Below are positions 38,092 through 49,500 of a stretch of 64,000 nt of DNA, piece by piece; position 1 is the stretch's first letter, and every line of letters starts with the position of its first letter. Origin of the DNA: an uncultured Verrucomicrobiota bacterium (GTDB lineage Bacteria; Verrucomicrobiota; Verrucomicrobiia; Palsa-1439; CAZOTB01); the NCBI GenBank assembly GCA_964582645.1, contig CAZOTB010000002.1, positions 12,777-76,776 on the forward strand, given 5' to 3'. Below the pieces are notes generated by a model, which did no database searches, was not told where the DNA came from, and worked only from the letters and a program-made list of their open reading frames with translations. Both the position numbers and the translations under genes were made by a program.

Positions 38092-38328
38092 CTACGCCGA
38101 TGCGGTCGGGGAGCTGCCAGGATTCAATTCCAGTGCGGTCACCAGAAACATGTCCACGAAGCTCGATGCGTCGTTCGGGCCGTGGAAAACACAGACGATG
38201 CGTCCGGTCTGTGACGCCGCCACGAAGTCGGGATGCGCCACGGGGATGTTGCGGCCATCCGCCAGATGCATCGTGAACGGCACGAATGGCTGAGAGTGAA
38301 CCAGTTCATGAAACTCCTCGATTGTCAT
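38092..38328 (-). CDS. hypothetical small protein
   Basis: 78-aa ORF with an AAGG-type Shine-Dalgarno upstream. No recognised domain. Confidence 0.35.
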   Translation of the reverse strand: MTIEEFHELVHSQPFVPFTMHLADGRNIPVAHPDFVAASQTGRIVCVFHGPNDASSFVDMFLVTALELNPGSSPTASA

Positions 38329-38379
38329 GGCCTACCTTTTACCCTATTTGGGGGTGTCACGCAAGCCACCCTTTCTCGG

Positions 38380-39441
38380 TTAAATCATCCGTAACGCCGC
38401 CTGCATCCAGCCGAGCGCGTACGCCATGCCGGCATGCCACGGCGCGTCGCAGCTCATCTGTGGCGTGTGGTCGGGAATCAACACGCCCTCGAACCCGTTC
38501 TTCTTGAGGATGCGCAACACACGAATCATGTCCACGTCGCCTTCGTCCACGAAAGTCTCCTCGTAGTGCGGCACCTTGCCGCGAATGTTGCGGAAGTGGA
38601 CGTACCCCAGCTTCCCCTGCTTGCTGTAGTGGTCCACGACCTCGTAAATGTCGCCTTCGGTCATCTCGGCCAGTGAACCGATGCAAAACTCCAGTGTATT
38701 CGCCTTGCTCGGCTTGAGATCGAGCAACCGCTGGTAGTAGTGCGGCTGATAGACCAAACGCGGCTGGCCACGGAGCGTCGGCAACGGCGGATCATCGGGA
38801 TGCGCCGCGAGCTTCACGCCCGCGTCCTCCGCGACGGGAACGACCTCGTCGAGGAAATCCTCCAGCCGCTTCCACAATTCCTCACGATCTACCGACGGCA
38901 CGGTGCCTTTCGGCGCGTGCGGGTCGTAGATCATGTTCCAAACCATCCCGTTTGGCATCGGTGTGTCGAGCGGGCCGTCCATGCCAACGGAGAGAGCGCC
39001 GCCGCGTGCGAACGGACCGGTCACGCGTCCGGTGACGCCGGCAAGGCTGAAGTTATAGCCCATCACGGGAACTCCCGCCTTCCCGAGCCGACGGATGATC
39101 GTCTTGACGTTCTCGATGTGCTGTTTCTTCTTCGGTCCATCGAGCAACACATCGTGCCAGTGAGCAGGATCGAAGTTCTCAAACGCCTCCAACTCGAGCC
39201 CTGCGGCGTTGATCTCCTTGCGCAACGCGACGATTTCTTCGAGCGTCCAGAGCTGGTTCGGGTCGCCCGCCAAGCCCCAGCCCGTGTCGGTGCCGGTGGG
39301 TTGATTGTCGTGCGCGCTGTGTTTGCCGCCTTGGAAGTAGTCCACGTAGTGCACGACGATGTGCGTCGCGCCCGCCTGCCGCGCGAACGCAAAGTTCTCG
39401 CGCGTCAACATGTGGCGATAGAGGCCGAGTCCGAGTTTCAT
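38380..39441 (-). CDS. uxuA: D-mannonate dehydratase
   Basis: 353 aa. ...AAHPDDPP...LPTLRGQPRLV... and GDVDM match UxuA (AVHPDDPPRPILGLPRIV, NGDVDM). Confidence 0.85.
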   Translation of the reverse strand: MKLGLGLYRHMLTRENFAFARQAGATHIVVHYVDYFQGGKHSAHDNQPTGTDTGWGLAGDPNQLWTLEEIVALRKEINAAGLELEAFENFDPAHWHDVLLDGPKKKQHIENVKTIIRRLGKAGVPVMGYNFSLAGVTGRVTGPFARGGALSVGMDGPLDTPMPNGMVWNMIYDPHAPKGTVPSVDREELWKRLEDFLDEVVPVAEDAGVKLAAHPDDPPLPTLRGQPRLVYQPHYYQRLLDLKPSKANTLEFCIGSLAEMTEGDIYEVVDHYSKQGKLGYVHFRNIRGKVPHYEETFVDEGDVDMIRVLRILKKNGFEGVLIPDHTPQMSCDAPWHAGMAYALGWMQAALRMI

Positions 39442-39538
39442 TGGAAGCGATGGAAAAGTGGAAGGATGGAAGAAAGGAAGGTTGGGATCATGCAGCGAAG
39501 ATCAGTCTTCCACTCTTCCATGCTTCCATTCATCGAGA

Positions 39539-40837
39539 TCATCTTGGTCTCTCAATCTTCAGCAGCGTGTACGGATACAAGATCGTCACCCAGATTCGTC
39601 CGTCGTGTCCGACGACCATGCCCATGTGAGAATACATCGGCGTCAGTGTGCCATCGGGCAACTTGTGGAAGCCATGCCGGTAGGGACGGGGCTTGCCGTT
39701 CCAGAGCGGAGAAAAATCGGCGAAGTCGGGATTCTTCACCGCCAGCACGCCGAGGTCTTCCATCTTGCCGGTCTTGGGAGTGAAGCGCGCGAGGTGATGC
39801 AGGTAGCCGGTGCCGAACCTGGTCGTGTTGTCCACGCGGATCACCGTATAGACGCGGCCATCCGGTGCGATGCTCAACGCGCAGCGCGAGTCGGGATTTT
39901 TGCCTTCGATCATTTTCCCGTGGTTCGCCAACTGGACCGTCTCGCCTTCACTCAACAAATCCACTGAGAACAGCCGGGTGTCCGTCATCAGGATGAGATA
40001 TGCGGTTCGCCCGTCCGCGGCGAGATTCCAGGTGTAGATGCGCTCCTGATCCTTGCGGGTGAACTTCTGTCCGTCGAGAATGAGATCGCGCGTCCGCAGT
40101 TTGCCGGTCTCGGGATCGTACTGTACGAGACGGAAATCCGCCGTGATCGAGTTCGCCCGGCCATTTGCGTCAATCAACGTCGTTGCGTACGGCGTCAATT
40201 GTAGCGCCGGGTCGGGCTCGCGGTACTTCTTCGTCTTTGTGTCATAAACCATGTAATGCTGTTCCTCGCACGTGACGACGTAGATCAATCCACGCTTCTC
40301 GTCGGCGACGACATCAATCACGCCCTCCTTCGGATAGGGCATCCCGAGACATTCCGCCTTGTCCCCCTTCGGGTCGTAGGTCATCACGTAACCGCCCGGG
40401 TACTCGGAGGTGTCGCCGGGGATCACCCGGTACCCCTGCTTGCTGCCGACGTAGATTTTTCCTGATGGCCCAACGAAGTTGCGCGTATGGATCTTCGATT
40501 GCGCCGCGTAACCCGCCGCCGTCACACCGCAGAGCCTGCGGGTATCAATCACGATCCGCTGCCGTTCCGTGCGCGGGTCGAACTCGACGAGGTACGAGTT
40601 GAACTGATACTGCGCCGTGCCGACATAGACCTTGCCGTTCCTGCCCTCGCACAACGAGAAGTAGCCCGATTCCTCTGAGGTCGTTTCCGGCAGGACATGG
40701 TAGGCCTTGGCCCAGACATAAGGAAAGGGGGGGCGGTTGGTTTGCCCGGCAGGAACGCCGGAGCTGCACAGCAGCAACATCAACAGAACAAAACAGGCCG
40801 ACGGGGGCGTCGAAAGATCCACGAGTCTCCATTTCAT
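39539..40837 (-). CDS. hypothetical secreted beta-propeller-like protein
   Basis: ATG at complement 40835-40837 (MKWRLVDLS...) followed by a signal peptide. Repeated YV/GxIYVxxx motifs suggest a beta-propeller. Sits between uxuA and galK. Confidence 0.5.
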   Translation of the reverse strand: MKWRLVDLSTPPSACFVLLMLLLCSSGVPAGQTNRPPFPYVWAKAYHVLPETTSEESGYFSLCEGRNGKVYVGTAQYQFNSYLVEFDPRTERQRIVIDTRRLCGVTAAGYAAQSKIHTRNFVGPSGKIYVGSKQGYRVIPGDTSEYPGGYVMTYDPKGDKAECLGMPYPKEGVIDVVADEKRGLIYVVTCEEQHYMVYDTKTKKYREPDPALQLTPYATTLIDANGRANSITADFRLVQYDPETGKLRTRDLILDGQKFTRKDQERIYTWNLAADGRTAYLILMTDTRLFSVDLLSEGETVQLANHGKMIEGKNPDSRCALSIAPDGRVYTVIRVDNTTRFGTGYLHHLARFTPKTGKMEDLGVLAVKNPDFADFSPLWNGKPRPYRHGFHKLPDGTLTPMYSHMGMVVGHDGRIWVTILYPYTLLKIERPR

Positions 40838-40896
40838 TCGGGGGAGATTCAAACACACGCTCGCCTTTTTTCAAAGCGAATGTTAGGCAAGGGCGC

Positions 40897-42036
<1,140 letters not shown>

Positions 42037-42118
42037 GAATCGAGGCTGCCACCACCGGCTCTTCTTACGCACCTTTTACAAGCTTTGCGTTTGCAGTTTT
42101 CAAAGGAACTGGCACAAT

Positions 42119-44482
42119 ATGCCGCCAAGGATGAGTAAACGACTTTGGATGGACATGGTTCGCCGCTGCCTCGCCGCATTCTTGTGCGTCGTGCTCGTGG
42201 CGCCGGTTTCCGTTCCCGGCCAGGATACGCCCAAGATTGAGGGGCCGACTCTGCGTCCGGCTGCCACCGATCTGCCGCCCGCACCGCCGCCGGCGACCGT
42301 TCCCACCAAGACCGGCATGCGCGTTTCGTCGAACCCCGATGAGAAACCCAGCCTGACCGTCCGCTGGGAAAGCGCGCCGGCCGCGGCTGCATTGCAGAGA
42401 TACTCCGACCTCACCGGGCGCACCGTGATCCAGAACGCCGCGCTCTCGGGCGTGGTTTCACTGGACACCAAGACCATGCTCACCACCAACGAGATGCTCC
42501 TCGCCATCGAGAGCGTGTTGTTCGCCAACGGCATCTCGCTGACACCGATGGGCGACAAGTTTGTGAAAGCCGCCGCCAACCAGGCCATCGCGCGCGAGGG
42601 CATCGCCATTGCCGGGGCGGACGCGGAGTTTCCCGAGGGCGACCGCATCACGGCGACGGTGATCCCGTTGCAGTACCTGGATGTGGGCGACGCGTCCATC
42701 GTGCAAAGCCTGTCGCAGTTCATCCATCAACCCGGAGGCACGATCCTGCCGTTGACGCGCTCGAACAGTCTGCTGATCATTGACACCACGCTCATCGTGA
42801 AACGGTTGCAGGAGATTCTCGAGCGCCTCGATCAGAAGGTCGAGAACCGCATTCAGACTTACTATCGTCCTTTGACCAACGCAGAGGCGTCGAAGGTCGC
42901 CGCGACGATCCAGGCGTTGATCACGGGATCGGCGCCGGCGACAGGGGGCGCTCCCCGACCTCCGCCCCGGCCAGGCCAGCCAGCCACAGTGGCGGCAGGT
43001 CCTACCGAGGAGTCCATCGTAGCCGGCAAGGTCATCATCCAGGCGGACGAGCGCACGAACACGCTCATCATTTTGACCCGACCATCGAACCTCGAATTCC
43101 TCGAAGGCATCATCAGCGCGCTCGATGCGAAGGTCGAACCCGAGATTCGCTTCAAGAAATTCAAGCTCGAACACGCGCGCGCGGAGGATGCCGCCGATAT
43201 CTTGCTGTCGCTGACGGGCAGCGGCAGCCAACCGACGATCCAACGCCGCGCCTCGACCACCCAGCGTGCCGACCGCAACCGGCTCGGACGCACGAGCTAC
43301 GGCTCGAGTGCCCGCGACCGCACACAGACGGGAGCGCAACAGCCGCAGCCGCAGTTGCCGCCCATCGCGCGCCAACCGACCACGCCCACCGGGACCACCG
43401 CGACCCAACCCGGGCAGGGTGTGGAGAGGCCGGATTTCGTGTTGAGCGAACGAGCGCGCGTGATCGCCGATCCCCGGCAAGGCTCGATCCTTGTGTTGGG
43501 CACGGCCAGCGATCTGGAACTGGTCGAGATGATCATCCCGGAAATTGACCTGGCCCTGGCGCAGGTCATGATCGAGTCCATCATCGTCGAGGTCACGCTC
43601 GACAACAACGCCGAGTTCGGCGTGAACATCCTCCAGCGCGAGTGGGAAAAGGGCAGCAACAAGGGCGGCGGCGCCTCCCTGCCATCGGTAGTTGCCACCA
43701 ACGCGCTGCAGAAACTTGCGTTCCTGCGCGACCCGCAACAGTTTGCCGCCTCGGGTCTGGCGGGTCTTGGGGGGCTTACCTATTTTCTCGACCTCGGCGG
43801 CCTCGATCTCGATGTCATCGTGCGCGCCGTGGCGGGTTCGTCCAACTTCAAGGTGCTGCAGCGGCCATTGCTCCAATCGTCGCAGAACGAGCCCGCGCAC
43901 ATCTTCGTGGGCGAGACGCGCCCAATCATCACCGCCACACAAACCAGTTTCACCGGTGACGATGCGCTGCGCTCCACCATCGAACAGTTCGACATCGGTG
44001 TCACCCTTGATGTGACTCCCAACATCACGCCCGGTGGATTGGTGGAACTCGAGGTCGAACAGACCGTCGAGGACGTCTCCGGCGAAGTGCGGGTGGACAA
44101 CAACCTGCAACCGATCGTCTCCCGTCGCGAGTTGACCTCCCTGGTGAGCGTACGGGACCGGGGCGTCGTCGCGCTCGGCGGTCTCATCAAGAACGGCAAG
44201 ACGAAAACGGAGAGCAAGGTGCCGATTCTGGGCGATATCCCCCTCCTCAGCTACGCCTTCAAGCAGACCTCGTGGAAGGATTCCCGTATCGAATTGATTG
44301 TGTTCCTGCGGCCCACCGTGCTGCGCAGCGCCGATGAAGCCATGAAGGAAGCGCAGAAGTTGAGGAACAAATTCAAGGGACTCGACAACATTCCGAAACA
44401 GGACGTGCCGGCTCTGCCTGAAGAACCCGGTCCTCCCGAGAAGAAACCCTGGTACGCGCCGTTGCAGCCGCCGCCGTCCTGA
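42119..44482 (+). CDS. secretin (GspD/PilQ family outer-membrane channel)
   Basis: ATG at 42119 followed by a signal peptide. N-domains and the C-terminal secretin domain (…VVALGGLIKNGKTKTESKVPILGDIPLLSYAFKQTSWKDSRIELIVFLRPTVL). Confidence 0.85.
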   Translation: MPPRMSKRLWMDMVRRCLAAFLCVVLVAPVSVPGQDTPKIEGPTLRPAATDLPPAPPPATVPTKTGMRVSSNPDEKPSLTVRWESAPAAAALQRYSDLTGRTVIQNAALSGVVSLDTKTMLTTNEMLLAIESVLFANGISLTPMGDKFVKAAANQAIAREGIAIAGADAEFPEGDRITATVIPLQYLDVGDASIVQSLSQFIHQPGGTILPLTRSNSLLIIDTTLIVKRLQEILERLDQKVENRIQTYYRPLTNAEASKVAATIQALITGSAPATGGAPRPPPRPGQPATVAAGPTEESIVAGKVIIQADERTNTLIILTRPSNLEFLEGIISALDAKVEPEIRFKKFKLEHARAEDAADILLSLTGSGSQPTIQRRASTTQRADRNRLGRTSYGSSARDRTQTGAQQPQPQLPPIARQPTTPTGTTATQPGQGVERPDFVLSERARVIADPRQGSILVLGTASDLELVEMIIPEIDLALAQVMIESIIVEVTLDNNAEFGVNILQREWEKGSNKGGGASLPSVVATNALQKLAFLRDPQQFAASGLAGLGGLTYFLDLGGLDLDVIVRAVAGSSNFKVLQRPLLQSSQNEPAHIFVGETRPIITATQTSFTGDDALRSTIEQFDIGVTLDVTPNITPGGLVELEVEQTVEDVSGEVRVDNNLQPIVSRRELTSLVSVRDRGVVALGGLIKNGKTKTESKVPILGDIPLLSYAFKQTSWKDSRIELIVFLRPTVLRSADEAMKEAQKLRNKFKGLDNIPKQDVPALPEEPGPPEKKPWYAPLQPPPS

Positions 44483-44551
44483 GCCGCGTGGGGGGCGACG
44501 CGATGTGGCCAACGCCACTTCCTGCTCTCCCGGCGATGGCGATTCCATCCG

Positions 44552-45151
44552 CTATCGGATCACCACATCGTCGGATGACCACATCTTCTGGTCGGGGCCG
44601 GCGGAGCGGATCTCGGTCTGGTTGGCAGAAAGCTGATGGAAGAAATACGGCGTACCCCAGACGTCCACCAACTCACCCTTGTCATTGATTCGGTTCCCGT
44701 CGGCGATCGAGAATCTCACATGCTTTGGGTTGTCGCCGTTGAGCGCGCGCGCGATCTCAGGGTTCGAGCCGACCGGGTTGCCGCCGTACATCGCGTTGTA
44801 TTGGCGGAACGTCGTGCGCAGGCTGTCCAGCGCAACCGTCGCGGGAGTGTGGGCTTCGAGGGGAGCCGGTGAGGGAGAAACGCCGGGGGTGCTGGTGGAA
44901 GCCGTTGCCGCCGGGAGGGCGGCCGCTACAACGTTGGTTGTCTCGACCGGCGGGGTTGCAACCCTGCCGCCGAAACGACCGCCGGTATTGGTGACAGCCG
45001 GACTGTTTTCGTCGTGAGACTGCGAGACGGGCTGGGACCGTGCGCTTCGCGAGGCGGGCTTCAGATGCGTTCCAAACCAATCGGCGCTCCACCAGAGGAA
45101 GGCGGAAATTGCGATCAGGATGAAGACCAGCAACAGCAACCGCGTCTTCAT
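44552..45151 (-). CDS. membrane-anchored protein with GspG-like pseudopilin C-terminal domain
   Basis: N-terminal TM helix LLLLVFILIAISAFLWW, no prepilin cleavage motif. C-terminal ...GELVDVWGTPYFFH...SAGPD... resembles the GspG globular domain (DPWGnpY...SlGaDg). Confidence 0.5.
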   Translation of the reverse strand: MKTRLLLLVFILIAISAFLWWSADWFGTHLKPASRSARSQPVSQSHDENSPAVTNTGGRFGGRVATPPVETTNVVAAALPAATASTSTPGVSPSPAPLEAHTPATVALDSLRTTFRQYNAMYGGNPVGSNPEIARALNGDNPKHVRFSIADGNRINDKGELVDVWGTPYFFHQLSANQTEIRSAGPDQKMWSSDDVVIR

Positions 45152-45154
45152 CGC

Positions 45155-46594
45155 TCAGAGCATGAAGCCGAGATCAGGATGGGCGAAACGGCCGATGTTC
45201 GGGAACACGGTGGCCATGTCCGAGCTGCCGACGCCGAACCATTTCGCGAGTGTCGCCGAGTATTCGTCCACGGAAGTGGTGGGAATCCAACGACCCAAGC
45301 CGGTGTCGTCGGGGCCGTTGACGGTGAGCGCGGGAAGAATTCCGAACGTGCGCCGACCATTGACGCCGCCGCCCACGATGATGTGGTGGCTGCCCCAACC
45401 ATGGTCGCTACCCTGGCCATTGGTCGGGAACGTCCTTCCGAAATCGCTCGCGGTGAACGCCGTGACCTTCGAAGGCAACGCGGCGTCCTCTCCTGCCTGC
45501 GCCGCGAGTTGCTCCATGGCGCGCTGGAAGGCGAAGAGGCTCTGACTCAACTCGCCGATCAGATTCGCGTGGCCGCCGACGGTGGTGTCGTTCGGATTCG
45601 CGGCGTTGCCCACCTGTCCCGTGTGCGTGTCGTAGCCACTGACCGAGACGAAGAAAATCTGCCGCTTCATGTTCATCGCCGAGCGTGCCGCGATGAGGCG
45701 GGCAACCATTTTAAGCTGGTTGCCGAGCGTGGTGTTCGGAAATGGCACGGTCCAGTACGTAGCCGACGCCGTGGGCGCGATCGCGGTGTTCAACACGTCT
45801 GCGGTGTTGATCGAATGGGCAGCGACGGTGGCGTAGGCCTGCTCCTGCATGTTCGGGTAGTTGAGCCCGAGGATGTCCTTTACCGCCTGCAAGCGCGGGC
45901 CCGTCACCCCGGTCAAGGACACCGCGCCCGTCGTGGAGACGGAGTATTGCGACACGATGTTGCCGACCTCGAATGTGTTCGCGCCCGCGAGCGTGACGGT
46001 GAGCGAGATTTTTCCGCCGTTGCTCGTGTTGAGCGTATCGAGCAGGTCGGCGCAACGTCCGCCCCACCCCGTCAGTGGCGGTTGATCGGGGATGGATGTC
46101 TGCCATTGTGTGACCTGGTCGGCGTGGGAAAACAACTGCGGCGGCTTGGCGACGCTCCCTGCCTGGTACTGGGCGCGGGTGATCGGATAGACGAGCGTGC
46201 CGGTGTTGAACAGGACCGCTAGTTTGTTCTCGGCGAAGAGCGTTTGCAGGCCGGTGCAACTGGGATGCAACCCATAGGTGTGCCCGTCATTATTGATCGG
46301 TGTAATCGGGAGCAGGCTGGATTGTGGCAGCGCGAGGTTCTGACGGATGGCCGCGTAGTTTTGGTATTCGGTGTCGCCGGCGGGCACGATCAGGTTGTTC
46401 GAGTCGTTGCCGCCGGCAAGGAAGACGCACACCAGCGCCTTGTAATCGGTGATTGTGCCCTGCGCCATCGCCGCGTTGATGAAACGCAGGTCCCGCAACA
46501 TGCTGGTGACCGCCCACGTGCCGACGGCGGCGCAGGAAGCCTTGCGGAGAAAATCGCGGCGGGTGATGGGCTGGGCGTAACGTTTGCGGCTCAT
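45155..46594 (-). CDS. DUF1501 domain protein (Tat signal, sulfatase-like)
   Basis: Twin-arginine signal TRRDFLRKA and DUF1501 pattern. Immediately downstream of the DUF1800 protein. Confidence 0.85.
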   Translation of the reverse strand: MSRKRYAQPITRRDFLRKASCAAVGTWAVTSMLRDLRFINAAMAQGTITDYKALVCVFLAGGNDSNNLIVPAGDTEYQNYAAIRQNLALPQSSLLPITPINNDGHTYGLHPSCTGLQTLFAENKLAVLFNTGTLVYPITRAQYQAGSVAKPPQLFSHADQVTQWQTSIPDQPPLTGWGGRCADLLDTLNTSNGGKISLTVTLAGANTFEVGNIVSQYSVSTTGAVSLTGVTGPRLQAVKDILGLNYPNMQEQAYATVAAHSINTADVLNTAIAPTASATYWTVPFPNTTLGNQLKMVARLIAARSAMNMKRQIFFVSVSGYDTHTGQVGNAANPNDTTVGGHANLIGELSQSLFAFQRAMEQLAAQAGEDAALPSKVTAFTASDFGRTFPTNGQGSDHGWGSHHIIVGGGVNGRRTFGILPALTVNGPDDTGLGRWIPTTSVDEYSATLAKWFGVGSSDMATVFPNIGRFAHPDLGFML

Positions 46595-46598
46595 AAGA

Positions 46599-49500
46599 TT
46601 ACTTCTGGATGGTGAAGTCCGGCGAGGTGACCATGAGGTGGATGGTGGCGCGAACCCGGTCGCGTTGCTGGCTGGCGGTTGGAGGAGTCGAATACGGGAA
46701 GTTGGTCGAGGTGACGTACGTCACAATCGTGTTGGACGCGCCTGTGGACAACTGACCCGCCAGCAGCAGGGAGTTCAGCGTGCCCACCAGGCTCGGGACG
46801 CCGGTGTTGCTGGTGTAATTGGTGGTCATGTACGGACCAATGTCGAGGACGATCGAGCCGTTGCCGTTCTTAAAGCTGTTCAACCCATTGGTGTTCGATC
46901 CCTGGCTGTTGATGATCGCCCCCGCGAGGAAGTTGTTTTGCAGCGCCACACCGGTGTCGGACGTGAGCTGGAACTCGGGCGTGGTCAATCCCGCCGAGGC
47001 GAGAAGCCCCGGGAACTTGTAGTCGGGGAAGAAGTAGTTGAACACCGTCGGCGACCGCAACGGCGTCTGGGTCAGGTCGAGGTCGGTCACGCCCATGTTC
47101 CACGTGCTCGACTGGACCGTGACGTTGCCCGATCGCACCAGCGGCGGCCCGGCTAGCGGCGCGACCACGTGGCTGTTCTGGTTTTGATTGGCGACCGCGC
47201 CGACGACGATGGTGAAGTGATCCTCATCCACGACCGACGCCACCGCATACTGGCCGTCCGCCGCCGTGCCGGACATGAAATCAATATAGACCTGGTCGCC
47301 CGGGTTCAGCCCGTGGTTGCCGGCCGTGCTGACGGTGATGATGTTTGTGTTCGGCTGCGAGTAGCCGCCCTTGTAGAACGCGAGCAGGCAATTGCCCGAA
47401 AGCGTCGCCGCGTCCGGGGTCGTCACGCTGAAAGCCGAATTCGACGGCACGCTCACCACTTCGTACACGCCGTTGGAGGCGCCGCCCGTGGTGAACGTGA
47501 TGTGCAGCCGGTTGCTGACGGCGAGTCCGTGGCCCGCCGAGTTGATCGAGATGAAGCCCCCGGCCTGGTTGTACGCGCCCGTCAACACGCCCGTCGCGTT
47601 GACCGTGAAAGTGTTCACGCCCGTCACCGTCACCGGGTACGCGGTGCTCGTCGGTACCGGAGTTCCCGAATCAAACTGGAGGAAAATATTGTTGCCCGTG
47701 GCCAGCCGGTGGGCGTTGGTGGTCGTCACCGTGATCGCGCGCCCGCCGTTCTGGCTGTAGGTGCCGCCATTCGGCTGCGGCGACGGGAACGCCCGCGCCA
47801 CGCCCGTCGCGCGCAGTAACGGCTCGCGCTGCTTGCCGAACGTCGAGCGGGTGATCTGCGAACTGCTCCGCGCTTCGTAATCGAGCAGGATTGCCTTGAT
47901 CACCGCCGCCATGTCGCCGCGAACGCCGGCGCCGTTGTCGTGGAACACCTTCACCACCCGGTAGAGATAGTCCCGGCTCGGGTGGCTCGTCACGAGTCGC
48001 TGGATGAGTTGCCGGCAGACGAATGGGCCGACGTTTGGATGGTTAAAGATCGCGTCCAGGCCGGTCTCGAGTTCTTGCAAACCATAGTTGTCGTACTCCG
48101 CGTTTGTGGGGTCGGCCTGGCTTCCCGCCGCAGCGGGCATGACCACGTTGTCGAGGATGCGTTTGGTGCCGAGTTCGTGGCGGGTGGGAACGAGCTTCAT
48201 CGGGTTGATGTAATCGGCAGCCGGGCTCCAGTTCGTCGGCAGCCGTCCATTGCTCTGGTTCGGCTGGTTGTAGTTCCAGCCCGTGAACAGCCGGGAGTAA
48301 CCGATCACGACATTCTGATCGTAGGTCGGCACCAGGTTGTCCTGCGAGTTGAGCACCAGCGTGCCGTCCGGCCACATGCGGTAGAGGCCGACCGAGAAGA
48401 GCTGCAGAATCTCGCGCGCGTAGTTTTCGTTCGGGATGCGTCCTGTGGCGAGGTCGCCCTTCTCGTTGCGGCGCATGTCGAGATACAACCCCATCGCGGG
48501 CGTGAGCGTGACCGCTTCGAGGATTTCGCGGAAGTTGCCGAAGGCGTTGTCGAGCAGCGTGTCGTAGAAGGCGGAGAGGGCGCGTCCGTTGTTGTCGAGT
48601 ACGCCGATCTCGGAGACGACCAGGATCTCGCTCAACGCAAACGCCACTCGCTGGCGCAATTGATCGGGCGCGGTGACAGACTGTTGCCACCACGAGTTGA
48701 AGGTCAGGTTGCGCGGATAGGGCGCGGTCGGATCGGAACTGAGGTTCGCCAGCACGAACGGCAGGTGATGCGACACGGGCCTGGCAAACTGATCGTCAAT
48801 CCACGCTTCGTATCCCATCGCCTGCACGGCCGCGATGTCGCTCTGGCTCGGTCCGAACGTCGCCTGCATGAGGAACCGCGCTGCGGCGTTGGCGTTGGCG
48901 TGGTCGTCCGTCCAGGCAGGCGGATCGGGCGGCGGCGAAAACGTTTGCGAGCCATTGGCGAGCGTGTAGTTGCCGCGAATCTCGCCGGCAGGGTAGTTGA
49001 CGGTGTGGATGTTGATGAAGGCCTTGCCCTGCTTGATGACCTCGAGGACGTCCGCCGCCGAGAGCGTTCCTACGGCTGCGATGGGCCAGATGTAACTGCC
49101 GTCCGCCTCCGGCGTGGCATCATCAATGTCGAAGATGATCTGGCTCGGGTGGTTCAGGTACGGGTCGGAGTGGATGTGGGCTGCCGTGTATGGGGAAGTG
49201 AGATTGGTGTAGGCGAACGAGAAGGTCGCCTGGGATTCATCGGCGCTCAGTCGCAACGTGGACGTGCCGATGCCCTGCGATTGGGCGGCACCCTGGGCGA
49301 GCATGGTGGTCGCGTAAAGCGTACCGGGGATGGAACTCGGCGGCGGTTCGACGTACGGCGACAACACGAACCCGGGCACGACCTCGCTCGGTCCCGTGCC
49401 GGCCTGGTCGGGACGCAGCCATCCCACGGCGACATTGTCGTTCGTGCCCGTGCCGGCCTTGTGCAGGACCTCGATGTAGTAGCGCTGCCCGGCCACCAGC

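Noticed and set aside
45014-46222. 402-aa plus-strand ORF
   Set aside because: Antisense to the DUF1501 gene (Tat signal and domain on the minus strand).
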